NCBI GenBank assembly: GCA_028718985.1
Contig: JAQUKQ010000006.1
Span: 10,061 to 42,060, forward strand
From: Desulfobulbaceae bacterium
GTDB taxonomy: Bacteria; Desulfobacterota; Desulfobulbia; Desulfobulbales; VMSU01
Length of the DNA stretch: 32,000 nt
Direction of reading: 5' to 3'
Shown here: piece after piece, positions 8,086 through 17,378 of the stretch
Position numbering within the stretch: the stretch's first letter is position 1
How the letters are laid out: the number at the start of each line of letters is the position of its first letter
Program-made: the position numbers and the translations under genes
Notes under the pieces: generated by a model
Database searches by the model: none
The model's input: the letters and a program-made list of their open reading frames with translations, nothing else
What the model was told of the DNA's origin: nothing

Positions 8086-10524
8086 ATGACAGAAAAAAGC
8101 CCACCGATTCATAAAGTCTGCCCAATGATGCCGCTGCGGGATATCGTTATCTTTCCGCATATGGTGGCACCGTTGATAGTTGGTCGAGGCAAGTCCATTA
8201 AGGCGCTTGAGCATGCCATGGCCAATCGGGTTGAGATCTTTCTCTCTACGCAGCGCGATTCGGCGGTTGATGAACCTCTGGCCAAGGATGTCAATACCAT
8301 CGGTACGATTGCCAATGTTCTGCAATTGTTGAGATTGCCTGATGGCACCATCAAGGTGTTGGTGGAAGGAAAACAACGGGCTAAGATAATTGGTTTTGTC
8401 CGGAATCCGCATTTTTTTACGGTGCAGACTGAAGAGATGGAGGATGGCGGGCTTTGTGGCTATCACTCTGTCGCCTACCGTCGAGAGTTGCTGGCGATTT
8501 TCAAAGAGTACACCGCGAAAAATAAGAAAATTCCGGCCGAGGTCGTCAACTCTTTAGAGAAAATTTCTGATGCAACCAAGTTTGTCGATGTCCTCTCTTC
8601 TCATCTCCCAATCGGCACAGGAGAGAAACAGCAGATTCTTGCTGCTGTCTCTTTGGAAGAGCGTTTCCAAATGGTTCTTGGCATTATCCAACGCGAAATC
8701 GAAATTGACTCGTTGGAAGGGGATATACGATCCAAGGTCAAGAAGAAGATGGAGAAGAACCAGCGGGACTACTATCTGACCGAGCAGATCAAGGTCATCA
8801 AAAAGGAGATTGGTGACGGGCAGGCGGATGATCCCACCGACGAGATCAATGCCCTGGAGGCAGCGATTAAAAAGAAGAAGCTGCCGGCAGCGGCCAACGA
8901 CAAGGCCCTGCAGGAGTTGAAAAAACTGAAGATGATGCCCCCCTCATCGGCCGAGGCGACGGTTGTGCGCAACTATGTCGATTGCATTCTGAGCCTGCCG
9001 TGGAAGGTGAAGAGTGCCAGCCGCCTTAATATCAAAAAGGCCGAGGCGATCATGGAAGAGGATCATTTTGGTCTTGCTAAACCTAAAGAAAGGATCCTTG
9101 AGTATCTGGCCGTGCAGTCACAGGTCAAGAAGGTTAAAGGGCCAATTCTCTGCCTGGTTGGGCCGCCAGGTGTTGGCAAGACATCGTTATGTAAATCAGT
9201 CGCCCGGGCCATGAATCGTAAATTTGTCAGGCTTTCGCTTGGTGGTGTCCGCGATGAGGCCGAAATACGTGGGCATCGACGTACCTATATCGGTGCGATG
9301 CCGGGCAAGATCATTCAGTCCTTGCAGAAGGTTAAGGTTAATAATCCACTTTTCTGCCTCGATGAAGTCGATAAAATGAGTACCGATTTCCGGGGTGACC
9401 CATCGTCGGCACTTCTTGAGGTGTTGGATCCTGAGCAGAATGGCACTTTCAACGACCACTACCTCGATCTGGATTATGACCTGTCCGATGTCTTTTTTAT
9501 TACCACCGCCAATAACTTGCAATCGATCCCTGTGCCGCTGCAGGATCGGATGGAGATTATTCGGCTTGAGGGGTACACGGAAGAGGACAAGTTGATGATC
9601 GGCCAGGATTTCTTGGTGCGAAAGCAGATGGAAGCCAACGGGTTCAAGGAAGGAGAGGTGAATTTTAGTGCTGAGGGTATTCTTGAGATTGTGCGGCATT
9701 ATACCCGAGAAGCCGGGGTGCGGAGTCTGGAGCGCAGCATAGCAAGTGTCTACCGCAAAATCGCTCGAGAACGCCTAAAAAATAAGAAGGCAAAAATCGG
9801 CCGCGTTACCGGGGCGGCCATTCAGAAATATCTGGGCACGCCCAAGTATCGCTTTGGCTTGGCAGAGGAAAAGGATGCGGTGGGGCTGGCGACCGGCCTT
9901 GCCTGGACCGAGGTTGGCGGTGAGCTCCTACAAATCGAAACGGTATTGATGCCAGGGAGTGGCAAGTTAACCATTACTGGGAAACTTGGTGACGTCATGC
10001 AGGAGTCGGCACAGGCGGCGTTGAGTTATGTGCGCTCGCGTTCGGCAAGACTTGGTATTGCAACAGACTTTTACCAGAAGCTTGATATCCATGTTCATGT
10101 GCCGGAAGGAGCAATCCCTAAGGACGGGCCGTCTGCCGGTATCACCATGACGACCTCTATTGTCTCTGCCCTGCTCAAGGTGCCGGTGAAGAGAGACTTG
10201 GCCATGACCGGTGAGGTTACCTTGCGGGGGCGGGTTTTACCCATCGGGGGGTTGAATGAAAAGTTGCTTGCCGCAAAACGTGGGAACATCACTCATGTCC
10301 TGATACCCAAAGATAATGAAAGGAATCTTCGCGATGTCCCGGCAAAAATTTTACGAGGCCTCACCATCGAACTGGTTGATCATGTTGATGATGTTTTGAC
10401 CAAGGCGTTGATTCTTGCGGAAGGTGTCTCCTTGTTCAAGGAGTGCACCGATCCATTTTTCTGCCCGGACTCAATTTTGCACGGTGCGCCGGTTGTGCCG
10501 CCGGTTGCTAACTCGGCGCATTAA
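8086..10524 (+). CDS. lon: Lon protease (LonA type)
   Basis: It has the Lon N-terminal domain ([12 protein letters not shown]), Walker [10 protein letters not shown] and the catalytic Ser motif [10 protein letters not shown] prefer the ATG at 8086 (AGGAAG just upstream) over the in-frame TTG at 8071 that overlaps the clpX stop; either is possible. Confidence 0.93.
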   Translation: MTEKSPPIHKVCPMMPLRDIVIFPHMVAPLIVGRGKSIKALEHAMANRVEIFLSTQRDSAVDEPLAKDVNTIGTIANVLQLLRLPDGTIKVLVEGKQRAKIIGFVRNPHFFTVQTEEMEDGGLCGYHSVAYRRELLAIFKEYTAKNKKIPAEVVNSLEKISDATKFVDVLSSHLPIGTGEKQQILAAVSLEERFQMVLGIIQREIEIDSLEGDIRSKVKKKMEKNQRDYYLTEQIKVIKKEIGDGQADDPTDEINALEAAIKKKKLPAAANDKALQELKKLKMMPPSSAEATVVRNYVDCILSLPWKVKSASRLNIKKAEAIMEEDHFGLAKPKERILEYLAVQSQVKKVKGPILCLVGPPGVGKTSLCKSVARAMNRKFVRLSLGGVRDEAEIRGHRRTYIGAMPGKIIQSLQKVKVNNPLFCLDEVDKMSTDFRGDPSSALLEVLDPEQNGTFNDHYLDLDYDLSDVFFITTANNLQSIPVPLQDRMEIIRLEGYTEEDKLMIGQDFLVRKQMEANGFKEGEVNFSAEGILEIVRHYTREAGVRSLERSIASVYRKIARERLKNKKAKIGRVTGAAIQKYLGTPKYRFGLAEEKDAVGLATGLAWTEVGGELLQIETVLMPGSGKLTITGKLGDVMQESAQAALSYVRSRSARLGIATDFYQKLDIHVHVPEGAIPKDGPSAGITMTTSIVSALLKVPVKRDLAMTGEVTLRGRVLPIGGLNEKLLAAKRGNITHVLIPKDNERNLRDVPAKILRGLTIELVDHVDDVLTKALILAEGVSLFKECTDPFFCPDSILHGAPVVPPVANSAH

Positions 10525-10548
10525 TAGCCGTAAAACTGATTTTCTCCC

Positions 10549-10603
10549 CCTGCGACTTCGATAGTATCATTGTTCACCATCGAACCCTAAACGAAGTCGC
10601 AGG
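10549..10603. repeat. 12-bp perfect inverted repeat (possible shared terminator between convergent lon and the FabI-like gene)
   Basis: CCTGCGACTTCG (10549-10560) pairs with CGAAGTCGCAGG (10592-10603) around a 31-nt loop. There is no U-tract on either strand, so terminator function is uncertain. Confidence 0.3.
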
Positions 10604-10757
10604 ACTACTCCTTGCCACCTCATTTCCTCCCTCCGTCCTATTCTTTCTTCCTCCCGTATTTCTCCCTAACGTGCCTCTACGTTTTCTGGCCGGCTTATTG
10701 ACAAGGCTCTCTGGCGCAACATGACAGCGAGACAGCGTAACCTATTCTTGTAACATC

Positions 10758-11567
10758 TTAAGCTTGTGGGAAATTTACTCGGCGGACGATTTCAGGGTCA
10801 AAGTAGTTGATTGCCATGCCGGCATCAACAACGATAGCTTGAGCATTGATGCCAGAGGAACGTTCGGAGAGCAGAAAGGCGGCACAGTCGGCGGCTTCAG
10901 TGGTTTCGACACCGCGTTTTCGTGGGATCACTTGCTCGGCAAAGAGGTAGGAGTCAACATAACCGGGGATGCCGGCTGAGGCCGAGGTCTTTAGAAGCCC
11001 AGGGCAGACGGCGTTGAAGCGGATTTCGGAAAATTTGGCAAAGCTCTGAGCCAGAAAACAGAGGGATGATTCGAGGGCGGCCTTAATCGGGGCCATATAG
11101 CCATAATTTTCGGCCGCCATCCTGGTGGTGGAGATGGAGATGGTGACCACCGAGGCGTTTGGCGCAAGCACGGTGCTGAAGTGGTTGGCAATGGAGATCA
11201 GTGAAAAGCAGGAGATATTGACGGCCTGCAGAAAATCGGCCTTTATCGTTTGGTGGAAGGGCCTGAGTCCTGCTGAGTAATTGGCAAAGGCAATGGAGTG
11301 AACCAGCCCATGGATAGGGCCGTCGATGTCATGTGTGATGTCGTTTCGCAGACGGATAATGTTCTCTTCATCCTCGACATCACAGCAGTAGACCCGTGCC
11401 TCGGGGAAAAGCTTCATGGCCGTTGCTCGCCGCTCTTCGCTGCGCACGACATGGATAACCTCTGCCCCTTCTGCCAACAGGACTTTGGTGATGGCGCAGG
11501 CAACTGATTTCTTGTTGGCCAAGCCGAAGACGATAATGCGCTTGTTGTGCAGATTGAGGAAGGACAT
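10758..11567 (-). CDS. Enoyl-ACP reductase, FabI-like SDR (last gene of the FAS-like operon)
   Basis: 269 aa, colinear with E. coli FabI. Shared motifs are the N-terminal [15 protein letters not shown] (FabI G-x-A-x-x-x-S-I-A type), HSIAFA, and the catalytic Y-x6-K in [12 protein letters not shown]. It begins 7 nt after the upstream gene. Confidence 0.85.
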   Translation of the reverse strand: MSFLNLHNKRIIVFGLANKKSVACAITKVLLAEGAEVIHVVRSEERRATAMKLFPEARVYCCDVEDEENIIRLRNDITHDIDGPIHGLVHSIAFANYSAGLRPFHQTIKADFLQAVNISCFSLISIANHFSTVLAPNASVVTISISTTRMAAENYGYMAPIKAALESSLCFLAQSFAKFSEIRFNAVCPGLLKTSASAGIPGYVDSYLFAEQVIPRKRGVETTEAADCAAFLLSERSSGINAQAIVVDAGMAINYFDPEIVRRVNFPQA

Positions 11568-11574
11568 GGGCGGA

Positions 11575-12009
11575 TTACGGTGTTGTTGCTTCGGTGCAGC
11601 CGAATTCTACGCTGACTGCGGTTTTGCCATCGACCTTGACTTTGCCCTTCAGCACCCAGGCCGAACCGATTTTTTCCACCAGTTTAGCCTCCATGGTGAT
11701 GGTTGTCCCCGGTTGCACCTGGCGTTTGAACTTCGCACTGTAGATTCTGGTCAATACGGGAACACCGGAGAAGGAGATTCCATCTTGGTCGAGACGATGG
11801 GAGATCAAGAGTGCGCCGGCCTGGAAGACCGCCTCGCAGAGGATTACACCTGGAGTGATCGGTTGGTTTGGATAGTGGCCCTGATAGAGTTCAAGGTCGG
11901 CGGCCAAATCTTTTTCGGTGACGATCTTCTCGTCGTCGAGAGAGACAATTCGGTCAACCCACAGGAAGGGAGGCCGATGAGGGATCATGGCGCAAATATC
12001 AAATTCCAC
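11575..12009 (-). CDS. 3-hydroxyacyl-ACP dehydratase, FabZ-like hot-dog fold
   Basis: [13 protein letters not shown] and [25 protein letters not shown] parallel FabZ LPHRYPFLLVDRV / [23 protein letters not shown], with the catalytic His and Glu present. I chose the GTG start at 12009 because a GGAG lies 7 nt upstream. That start overlaps the FabG-like stop by 11 nt. The ATG at 11988 is an alternative. The track's 12081 start would overlap the upstream gene by 83 nt. Confidence 0.8.
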   Translation of the reverse strand: MEFDICAMIPHRPPFLWVDRIVSLDDEKIVTEKDLAADLELYQGHYPNQPITPGVILCEAVFQAGALLISHRLDQDGISFSGVPVLTRIYSAKFKRQVQPGTTITMEAKLVEKIGSAWVLKGKVKVDGKTAVSVEFGCTEATTP

Positions 12010-12742
12010 CGTTGATCTCCAGAACGGAACCGGTAATGTAGGCAGCTTGTCGCCCGGCGAGAAAGAGGACGGCGTCTGCAACCTCTTCAGGGGTACCGAA
12101 ACGGGATAGGGGTACTAACTTTTGGTATTCAGCCCTTTTTTCGGGGGAAAGACCAGCAATCAGTTCGGTGTCGATGAAGCCTGGGGAGACACAGTTGACT
12201 GTGATTTTACGCTTGGCGGTCTCCTTGGAGAGTGAGCGCATCATGCCGATCTGCCCGGCCTTCGAGGCGGCATAATTGGCCTGCCCGGCAAATCCCAGGT
12301 GCGCCATCGGAGAGGTAATGAAGATAATTCGGCCGTATTTTTTCTTCATCATCAGCATAACCGCGAACTTGGCCATGTTGTAGGAGCCGGTCAGGTTGAC
12401 ATCAATGACGCGACGCCAGTCTTCCTCTGCCATCATGGCCAACACTCCATCACGACGGATACCGGCGTTGCTGACCATGATGTCGATGCTACTGAATTCC
12501 TCTTCAACGGCGGTGTAAAGGGTGTTGACCATCGCGTAGTCGGCTACGTCACACTGATGAAGGCGAAGGCGTCCCTCACTGTAATACTCATGCTTCATCA
12601 GATCCGCCGCCGCTTGATCCCCGCCATAGACACCAATCACCGTTGCCCCCCCGGCCAAGAGCGCTGTGCTAATCGCCCGGCCGATTCCTTTGGTGGCACC
12701 GGTGACAATGGCCACTTGCTGGTCGAATTGTCCTGTTGTCAT
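11999..12742 (-). CDS. 3-oxoacyl-ACP reductase, FabG-like SDR
   Basis: It has VAIVTGATKGIGRAI (TGxxxGIG), NAGI, and catalytic S...YAASKAG. I place the start at the ATG at 12742 (MTTGQFDQQVAIVTG), 10 nt after the upstream stop. The track's longer start (12790) overlaps the upstream gene. Confidence 0.88.
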   Translation of the reverse strand: MTTGQFDQQVAIVTGATKGIGRAISTALLAGGATVIGVYGGDQAAADLMKHEYYSEGRLRLHQCDVADYAMVNTLYTAVEEEFSSIDIMVSNAGIRRDGVLAMMAEEDWRRVIDVNLTGSYNMAKFAVMLMMKKKYGRIIFITSPMAHLGFAGQANYAASKAGQIGMMRSLSKETAKRKITVNCVSPGFIDTELIAGLSPEKRAEYQKLVPLSRFGTPEEVADAVLFLAGRQAAYITGSVLEINGGI

Positions 12743-12752
12743 CGCTTTCGCT

Positions 12753-14159
12753 TTATCCCCTGACGTAGGCATCCACGTCATTAGCAACAATCACTCCATA
12801 GTTGATTGCCCCGAGCCAGCCGGACATGATGATGCCGACCGAACCGACATGGAAGAGACCTGGTACGACCTTGAAGATCGAGCGGGAGATGTCTAACCCT
12901 TCGAACTTGGTGCCAAAGGATGAGCCATTCGTGTGCAGCGTGTAGCGCTGAAAGGTCTTCGGAGTGGCGGCCTCCAGCCAGTCGCACTTGGCTCTGATGC
13001 CGGGCAGGTATTTCTCGAGTCCGCTCATGGCGCGGTCGATCATCCTGCTCTTTGCCGCCTCGTAGTCGGTATCGTTAAGGCTAACCCAATCGTCATAGTG
13101 GCCGTTCATGGAGGCGACAATGGTGTAACGGTCATGGCCTGGTCTGGTTTTTGGGTAGTAGAGTGAAAAGGTGCGGCTCTTGGTCTCCATGTTCAGCATC
13201 TCGTCGGCACTGAAATCAGCCGCCTCTGAAGTGAAGAGCAAATCACCGATATCGTCGATGGCTTCGCCTTTTTTGACCCCCATGTAGACCTGGCAGCTCG
13301 AATTGTTGACCTTGACAAGGTCGCAATCCTTCATGAAGTCGGCAGGGAAGGCCTCGCGGCCTGCCAGGTCGTTGACGGTGTTGAGGATGCCGGCGTTTGA
13401 GACTACGGCCTTGGCACTGATTTCTCGATTTTTTACAATGACACCGCGCACTTGCCCTTTATCAATAATGATCCGATCAACTTTAGAGCGGTCGCAGAAG
13501 GTCACCCCATTTTTTTCAGCCTCTTCCACCATCATGCCGATCAGTTTATCGGTGCCACCGCTGAAGGTGAAGACCCCCTTGTTCATGAAGTTTGAAAAGA
13601 CGATGCCATAGGTAATTGCCGGATCATTTAACGTGGAACCGTTGGCGTAGGTAATGGGTTCCATGAGCAGGCGGTGGACATCGCTGCGGCCAGGAAAAAA
13701 TTTCTCGAAGAGTTCTCTGGTCGTCATGCGGCGGTCGTCGAAGAAATTCATACCGGCGACGGTGGTGAAGAAGCTCTCAACGGTCTGACGTGTAATTTTA
13801 AAGGTGTTGGTCAGGATATCGCTAAAATTTTGGCGATCGAAGGTGGTGGTCAAGGAAAATTGGGGATTGTCAAAGCGGATATTTCTGAGCTGGACAATGG
13901 AGTCCATGATGGCTTTGTTCCAATATTTACGGCAGGTCTTGACCATGCCGTATGGAAAGCCGTGCAGGGAGATGTCGAAAATATGGTCTTTTCGTTTGAA
14001 CCAGGTAGCAAGCCCACCGAGTTGGTGGTGATGCTCAAGGAGTAACACCTGATGGCCGGCCTTAGCCAGGCGGTTGGCGGAGGTCAGGCCACCGAGGCCT
14101 GAGCCGATAACAATAACATCATAGGTGTTCTTGAGTTCGTCAATTGAGTGATAAACCAT
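12753..14159 (-). CDS. FAD-dependent oxidoreductase, phytoene desaturase/CrtI-RetSat-like family (paralog 2)
   Basis: 468 aa with an N-terminal dinucleotide-binding fold [37 protein letters not shown] (GxGxxG...E...GG). The length and C-terminal G-rich segment ([15 protein letters not shown]) are typical of the amine-oxidase/CrtI superfamily. Confidence 0.8.
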   Translation of the reverse strand: MVYHSIDELKNTYDVIVIGSGLGGLTSANRLAKAGHQVLLLEHHHQLGGLATWFKRKDHIFDISLHGFPYGMVKTCRKYWNKAIMDSIVQLRNIRFDNPQFSLTTTFDRQNFSDILTNTFKITRQTVESFFTTVAGMNFFDDRRMTTRELFEKFFPGRSDVHRLLMEPITYANGSTLNDPAITYGIVFSNFMNKGVFTFSGGTDKLIGMMVEEAEKNGVTFCDRSKVDRIIIDKGQVRGVIVKNREISAKAVVSNAGILNTVNDLAGREAFPADFMKDCDLVKVNNSSCQVYMGVKKGEAIDDIGDLLFTSEAADFSADEMLNMETKSRTFSLYYPKTRPGHDRYTIVASMNGHYDDWVSLNDTDYEAAKSRMIDRAMSGLEKYLPGIRAKCDWLEAATPKTFQRYTLHTNGSSFGTKFEGLDISRSIFKVVPGLFHVGSVGIIMSGWLGAINYGVIVANDVDAYVRG

Positions 14160-14233
14160 GGAATTTCAGAGGAAGTGAGAAAAGTTAGCAGCCGTCGCCC
14201 AATCTTTGCCAAGGGCAGCAATTATAGTTGAAT

Positions 14234-15658
14234 TCAGGCCGTGTCTTGATCGGTTACGGTTAGAAGTTGTTGATTGACAATGGTGACGCCGCTCAACATG
14301 GCACCGACGATACCCAGGAAACCCTGATCAGTGCCAGCAAGGAGTAGGTTCCGGTAGCGGGTTAGGCCATCCTTGATTTTCAAGGGGCTACCGTATACCG
14401 CACCTGCCGCCTTGCCGCTGTAGTGTTCAATACTGAGAGGTGTAAAGGTATCTAGATATACTATGTTTTGGCTGAAATTCCCAATCATTTTGCCGATTTT
14501 GGCAAGTGAGAGCTCTTGCCATGATTTTTTCATTGCTAAATATTGGCTTGATCGGCCGTTGACAGAGGTTTGGTCGGCCAGGCGGAAGCTTTCGTAGTTG
14601 GCGGGATGGGTGACGCGGATTTGAATCGGATCGCGGGGCTCCAGTTCCTGGAAGTTGGCGGGGAAGTTAATGACTCCAACGCCTATATCAATGGGCTCGG
14701 CTGGGCGGCGATAGAGGAACGTGTCACGGTCACTATAGAAAATGCAAGTAGCATCGTGCTGGATGTCAGTCAGGGTGGATTGGGGCAGAAGGTAGATCGA
14801 TTCGACAAAACTTAATCGCCCAACATAGTCGTTGCGCACACCAGGCAGGCAGTCGGGCAGCAAGGCCATGGTGCCGACGGCACCAATGGTTGAAAGCACG
14901 GTTTGTGCCTCGATCTCTTCGCCGGTTGCCAACCGCACGCCAAGGACGGTGCCTTTTCTTACGAGGAGGGACTCCACTCCTGTGCGGTAACGAATTTCAC
15001 CGCCCAAGGCGAGGTAATGGTCTTGCAGCATCTCCAGAAAATCACGGATGCTGCCTGCTGGCCGGAAGAACCCTTCGAGAAAGACCGCCTGGAACATAAT
15101 GACAAATTGCGCCAGGTCCATGTCGTCTTCTTCACTGTTGCCATAGATCATTAAGGGGCAGAGGAGCATCTCGATGAGCAGCGGATCAGGGATGAAGGAG
15201 CGTAGTCGTTGGCGGGCCGAAAGCCATGGACGCTTGAGGAATGGGTCGTAATGTTTGATGAAATCGGTAAGCTGCGTAAAGCCCGCGGCGGAGGCTGGAA
15301 AGTTAGTGCAAACCTCATTGTGCAGGCAGGAGAAATCGTTGCTGAAGTGGAGACTTTTGGTGGGGAAACGGATCTCCGAGCCGATCTGCTCGTGGGTCCG
15401 AAAGGTCTTGCGGGAGAGCTTGAGCTGACGAAAAAGACGGTTGAGGGGGGCGGATCGATCTTTGGGCCCGGCGTAATTGGTCATGGCATGGAGGCCGGTC
15501 TCAAACAGATGCCCTTGCCGATGATAGTAGGAGTTGAGGCCGCCAGGCCGGGTATGTTTTTCCAGGATGACTGTCGGCTTTCCAAAGCGGGCCAAGCGGA
15601 TGGCGGCGGCAAGCCCGGACATGCCACCGCCGATGATAACGATTGGCTGCTCTTTCAC
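14234..15658 (-). CDS. FAD-dependent oxidoreductase, phytoene desaturase/CrtI-like family (paralog 1)
   Basis: 474 aa with IVIIGGGMSGLAAAIRLARFGKPTVILEKHTRPGGL at the N-terminus and LLAGTDQGFLGIVGAMLSG at the C-terminus. It uses a GTG start one nucleotide after the ACP stop (TGA-G-GTG), implying coupled translation. Confidence 0.8.
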   Translation of the reverse strand: MKEQPIVIIGGGMSGLAAAIRLARFGKPTVILEKHTRPGGLNSYYHRQGHLFETGLHAMTNYAGPKDRSAPLNRLFRQLKLSRKTFRTHEQIGSEIRFPTKSLHFSNDFSCLHNEVCTNFPASAAGFTQLTDFIKHYDPFLKRPWLSARQRLRSFIPDPLLIEMLLCPLMIYGNSEEDDMDLAQFVIMFQAVFLEGFFRPAGSIRDFLEMLQDHYLALGGEIRYRTGVESLLVRKGTVLGVRLATGEEIEAQTVLSTIGAVGTMALLPDCLPGVRNDYVGRLSFVESIYLLPQSTLTDIQHDATCIFYSDRDTFLYRRPAEPIDIGVGVINFPANFQELEPRDPIQIRVTHPANYESFRLADQTSVNGRSSQYLAMKKSWQELSLAKIGKMIGNFSQNIVYLDTFTPLSIEHYSGKAAGAVYGSPLKIKDGLTRYRNLLLAGTDQGFLGIVGAMLSGVTIVNQQLLTVTDQDTA

Positions 15659-15659
15659 C

Positions 15660-15911
15660 TCAGACGTCGCGCAGTTTAGGCTCCAGATAATTCACGCAGG
15701 AATCGAGGGTGGCGAGCTGCGGGTAATCCTCTTCCGGGATTTGCAATTTGTATCGCTTGCGAAGCTCCATGACGATGTCAAGAAAATCCATTGAGTCGAG
15801 ATCCAACTGATCCCGCAATGGTTTGTCTGACGCCAGGGTAGCGGTGTCGGCGTCCTCGTCGATATCTTTGATTATTTCAATAATTACGTCGTTTATTGCG
15901 TCTCTGTTCAT
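15660..15911 (-). CDS. Acyl carrier protein (dedicated, operon-encoded)
   Basis: 83 aa and acidic, with the phosphopantetheine attachment motif LDLDSMDFLDIVMEL (DSx). I chose the ATG at 15911 (GAGGA 6 nt upstream) rather than the TTG one codon earlier. Confidence 0.9.
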   Translation of the reverse strand: MNRDAINDVIIEIIKDIDEDADTATLASDKPLRDQLDLDSMDFLDIVMELRKRYKLQIPEEDYPQLATLDSCVNYLEPKLRDV

Positions 15912-15937
15912 CAAGAATCCTCGTATATGAAAACGAA

Positions 15938-17185
15938 TTATCCGTTATATTTTTTGACAATAATGACCGAGTTGATGCCGACCATGCCAAATGAATTATT
16001 GAGAATGGTTTCAACCTTGTCGATTGTGCGTGCCTCATTGAGTACCAGATTGGGCAGGGCACATTCAGGATCGAGACGATCGACGTTTATGGTTGGGTGT
16101 ACCATATGGTCGCTAAATGCCGGCAAGTTGGCCGCGAGTTCTAACACTCCCGCCGCACCCATGGCATGTCCAATGATACTTTTTGTGTTATTGAACCACG
16201 TGGTCGGGCAGTCTGCAAAGATCTCGGCGAGACCCCGACACTCTTCAATATCTCCCTGCCGGGTGCCAGTGGCATGGGTGTTGACGATATCGATATCGTC
16301 TGGTTTTAAGCCTGCCCGAGAGAGTGCCAAGCGGATACACTCGGCCTGACGCGGGCCATGGGGCATGACGAAATCTAGGGCGTCTGAATTCATGGCATAG
16401 CCGACGATCTCACCGTAGATCTTGGCGCCGCGCTGTAAGGCGCGATCTAATCTCTCCAGGCAATACAGGCATGCCCCTTCAGAGATGACAATGCCGTCTC
16501 GGTCAAGATCAAAGGGACGACTGGCCTTGGTAGGATCCTGGTGGTTGGCCAATGCGCCTTGCGCCTTGAAACTTGCGAAGATGCCAAAAGAGCCAACTGA
16601 TTCTGAGATGCCACCGCAGAGGGCCAGCTCAACCTCGCCTAGGCGCAGCATCTGAGCGCCTTGAATAAGGGCAGCATTACCGGCGGCACAGGCGGCACCA
16701 ACAGAATAATGGGGGCCAGTGATGCCGAGGCTCATGGTAATTTCGCCTGCCGGGTTGTTAAGGACGGTGCGTGGGTTGTGATGATGCGTCCAGTAGTCTA
16801 CATTGTAACCGTATTGGCTGATGTTGTAGACTTCGTTCTCAGTCTCCACGGTGCCGTGCTCGGTAAGCCCAATATAGACACCCGTCAGGTCGCGGCGATA
16901 CTCGCTGAAGTTTATCCCGGCGTCGGCTAGGGCCTCATGAGCGGCATAGACGCCGAGGCAGCCAGCCCTGGTGCCTCGTTTGTTATCTTTTTTCTTGCGA
17001 TACCTGGTCTCAGGGAAAGTGCACACCCCAGCCGGGGCCTTACCCATATAGCGCAACTCAATTTCTCGAATTTCACTTGTGCCTGCTAAGACCTTTGCGC
17101 GGAAATCGTTGAGGTTGTCAGCGTTGGGTGCGGCCAAGCCAACTCCGGTAATTACGATCCGCTGCTGTATTGGCAGGGTATTCAT
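15938..17185 (-). CDS. Beta-ketoacyl-ACP synthase, KAS I/II (FabF/FabB-like), first gene of the FAS-like operon
   Basis: 415 aa with the Cys-His-His triad contexts VGAACAAGNAAL, NTHATGT and GHAMGAAG, plus the C-terminal NNSFGMVGINSVIIV. There is no adjacent chain-length-factor paralog. Confidence 0.92.
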   Translation of the reverse strand: MNTLPIQQRIVITGVGLAAPNADNLNDFRAKVLAGTSEIREIELRYMGKAPAGVCTFPETRYRKKKDNKRGTRAGCLGVYAAHEALADAGINFSEYRRDLTGVYIGLTEHGTVETENEVYNISQYGYNVDYWTHHHNPRTVLNNPAGEITMSLGITGPHYSVGAACAAGNAALIQGAQMLRLGEVELALCGGISESVGSFGIFASFKAQGALANHQDPTKASRPFDLDRDGIVISEGACLYCLERLDRALQRGAKIYGEIVGYAMNSDALDFVMPHGPRQAECIRLALSRAGLKPDDIDIVNTHATGTRQGDIEECRGLAEIFADCPTTWFNNTKSIIGHAMGAAGVLELAANLPAFSDHMVHPTINVDRLDPECALPNLVLNEARTIDKVETILNNSFGMVGINSVIIVKKYNG

Positions 17186-17280
17186 TTGTTAGATGTCAAG
17201 CCTCCCGGCATGGCAGTCGCAACAGGCCTGAACCTGCAAGTCAAAAAAAGAGTTAAAGGAACGGTGGATGGGGCGTGCCC

Positions 17281-17296
17281 AGCAACGTGCCAGCCA
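17281..17296 (-). promoter_or_regulatory. Candidate sigma-54 (-24/-12) promoter upstream of the FAS-like operon
   Basis: The minus strand reads TGGCTG-gcacg-TTGCT, which is GG-N10-GC spacing. The -12 element matches TTGCW perfectly and the -24 element matches TGGC of TGGCAC. It sits about 95 nt upstream of the KAS ATG in a 193-nt intergenic region. A sigma-54 activator is encoded about 5 kb away in the same window. Confidence 0.35.
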
Positions 17297-17378
17297 AACA
17301 GTGTACAACACGGAATGTAAAGGGAAATTCATAAAAAGAGAGAAACTATAATAAAAAATCGCCAGACTGTCGATAGGA

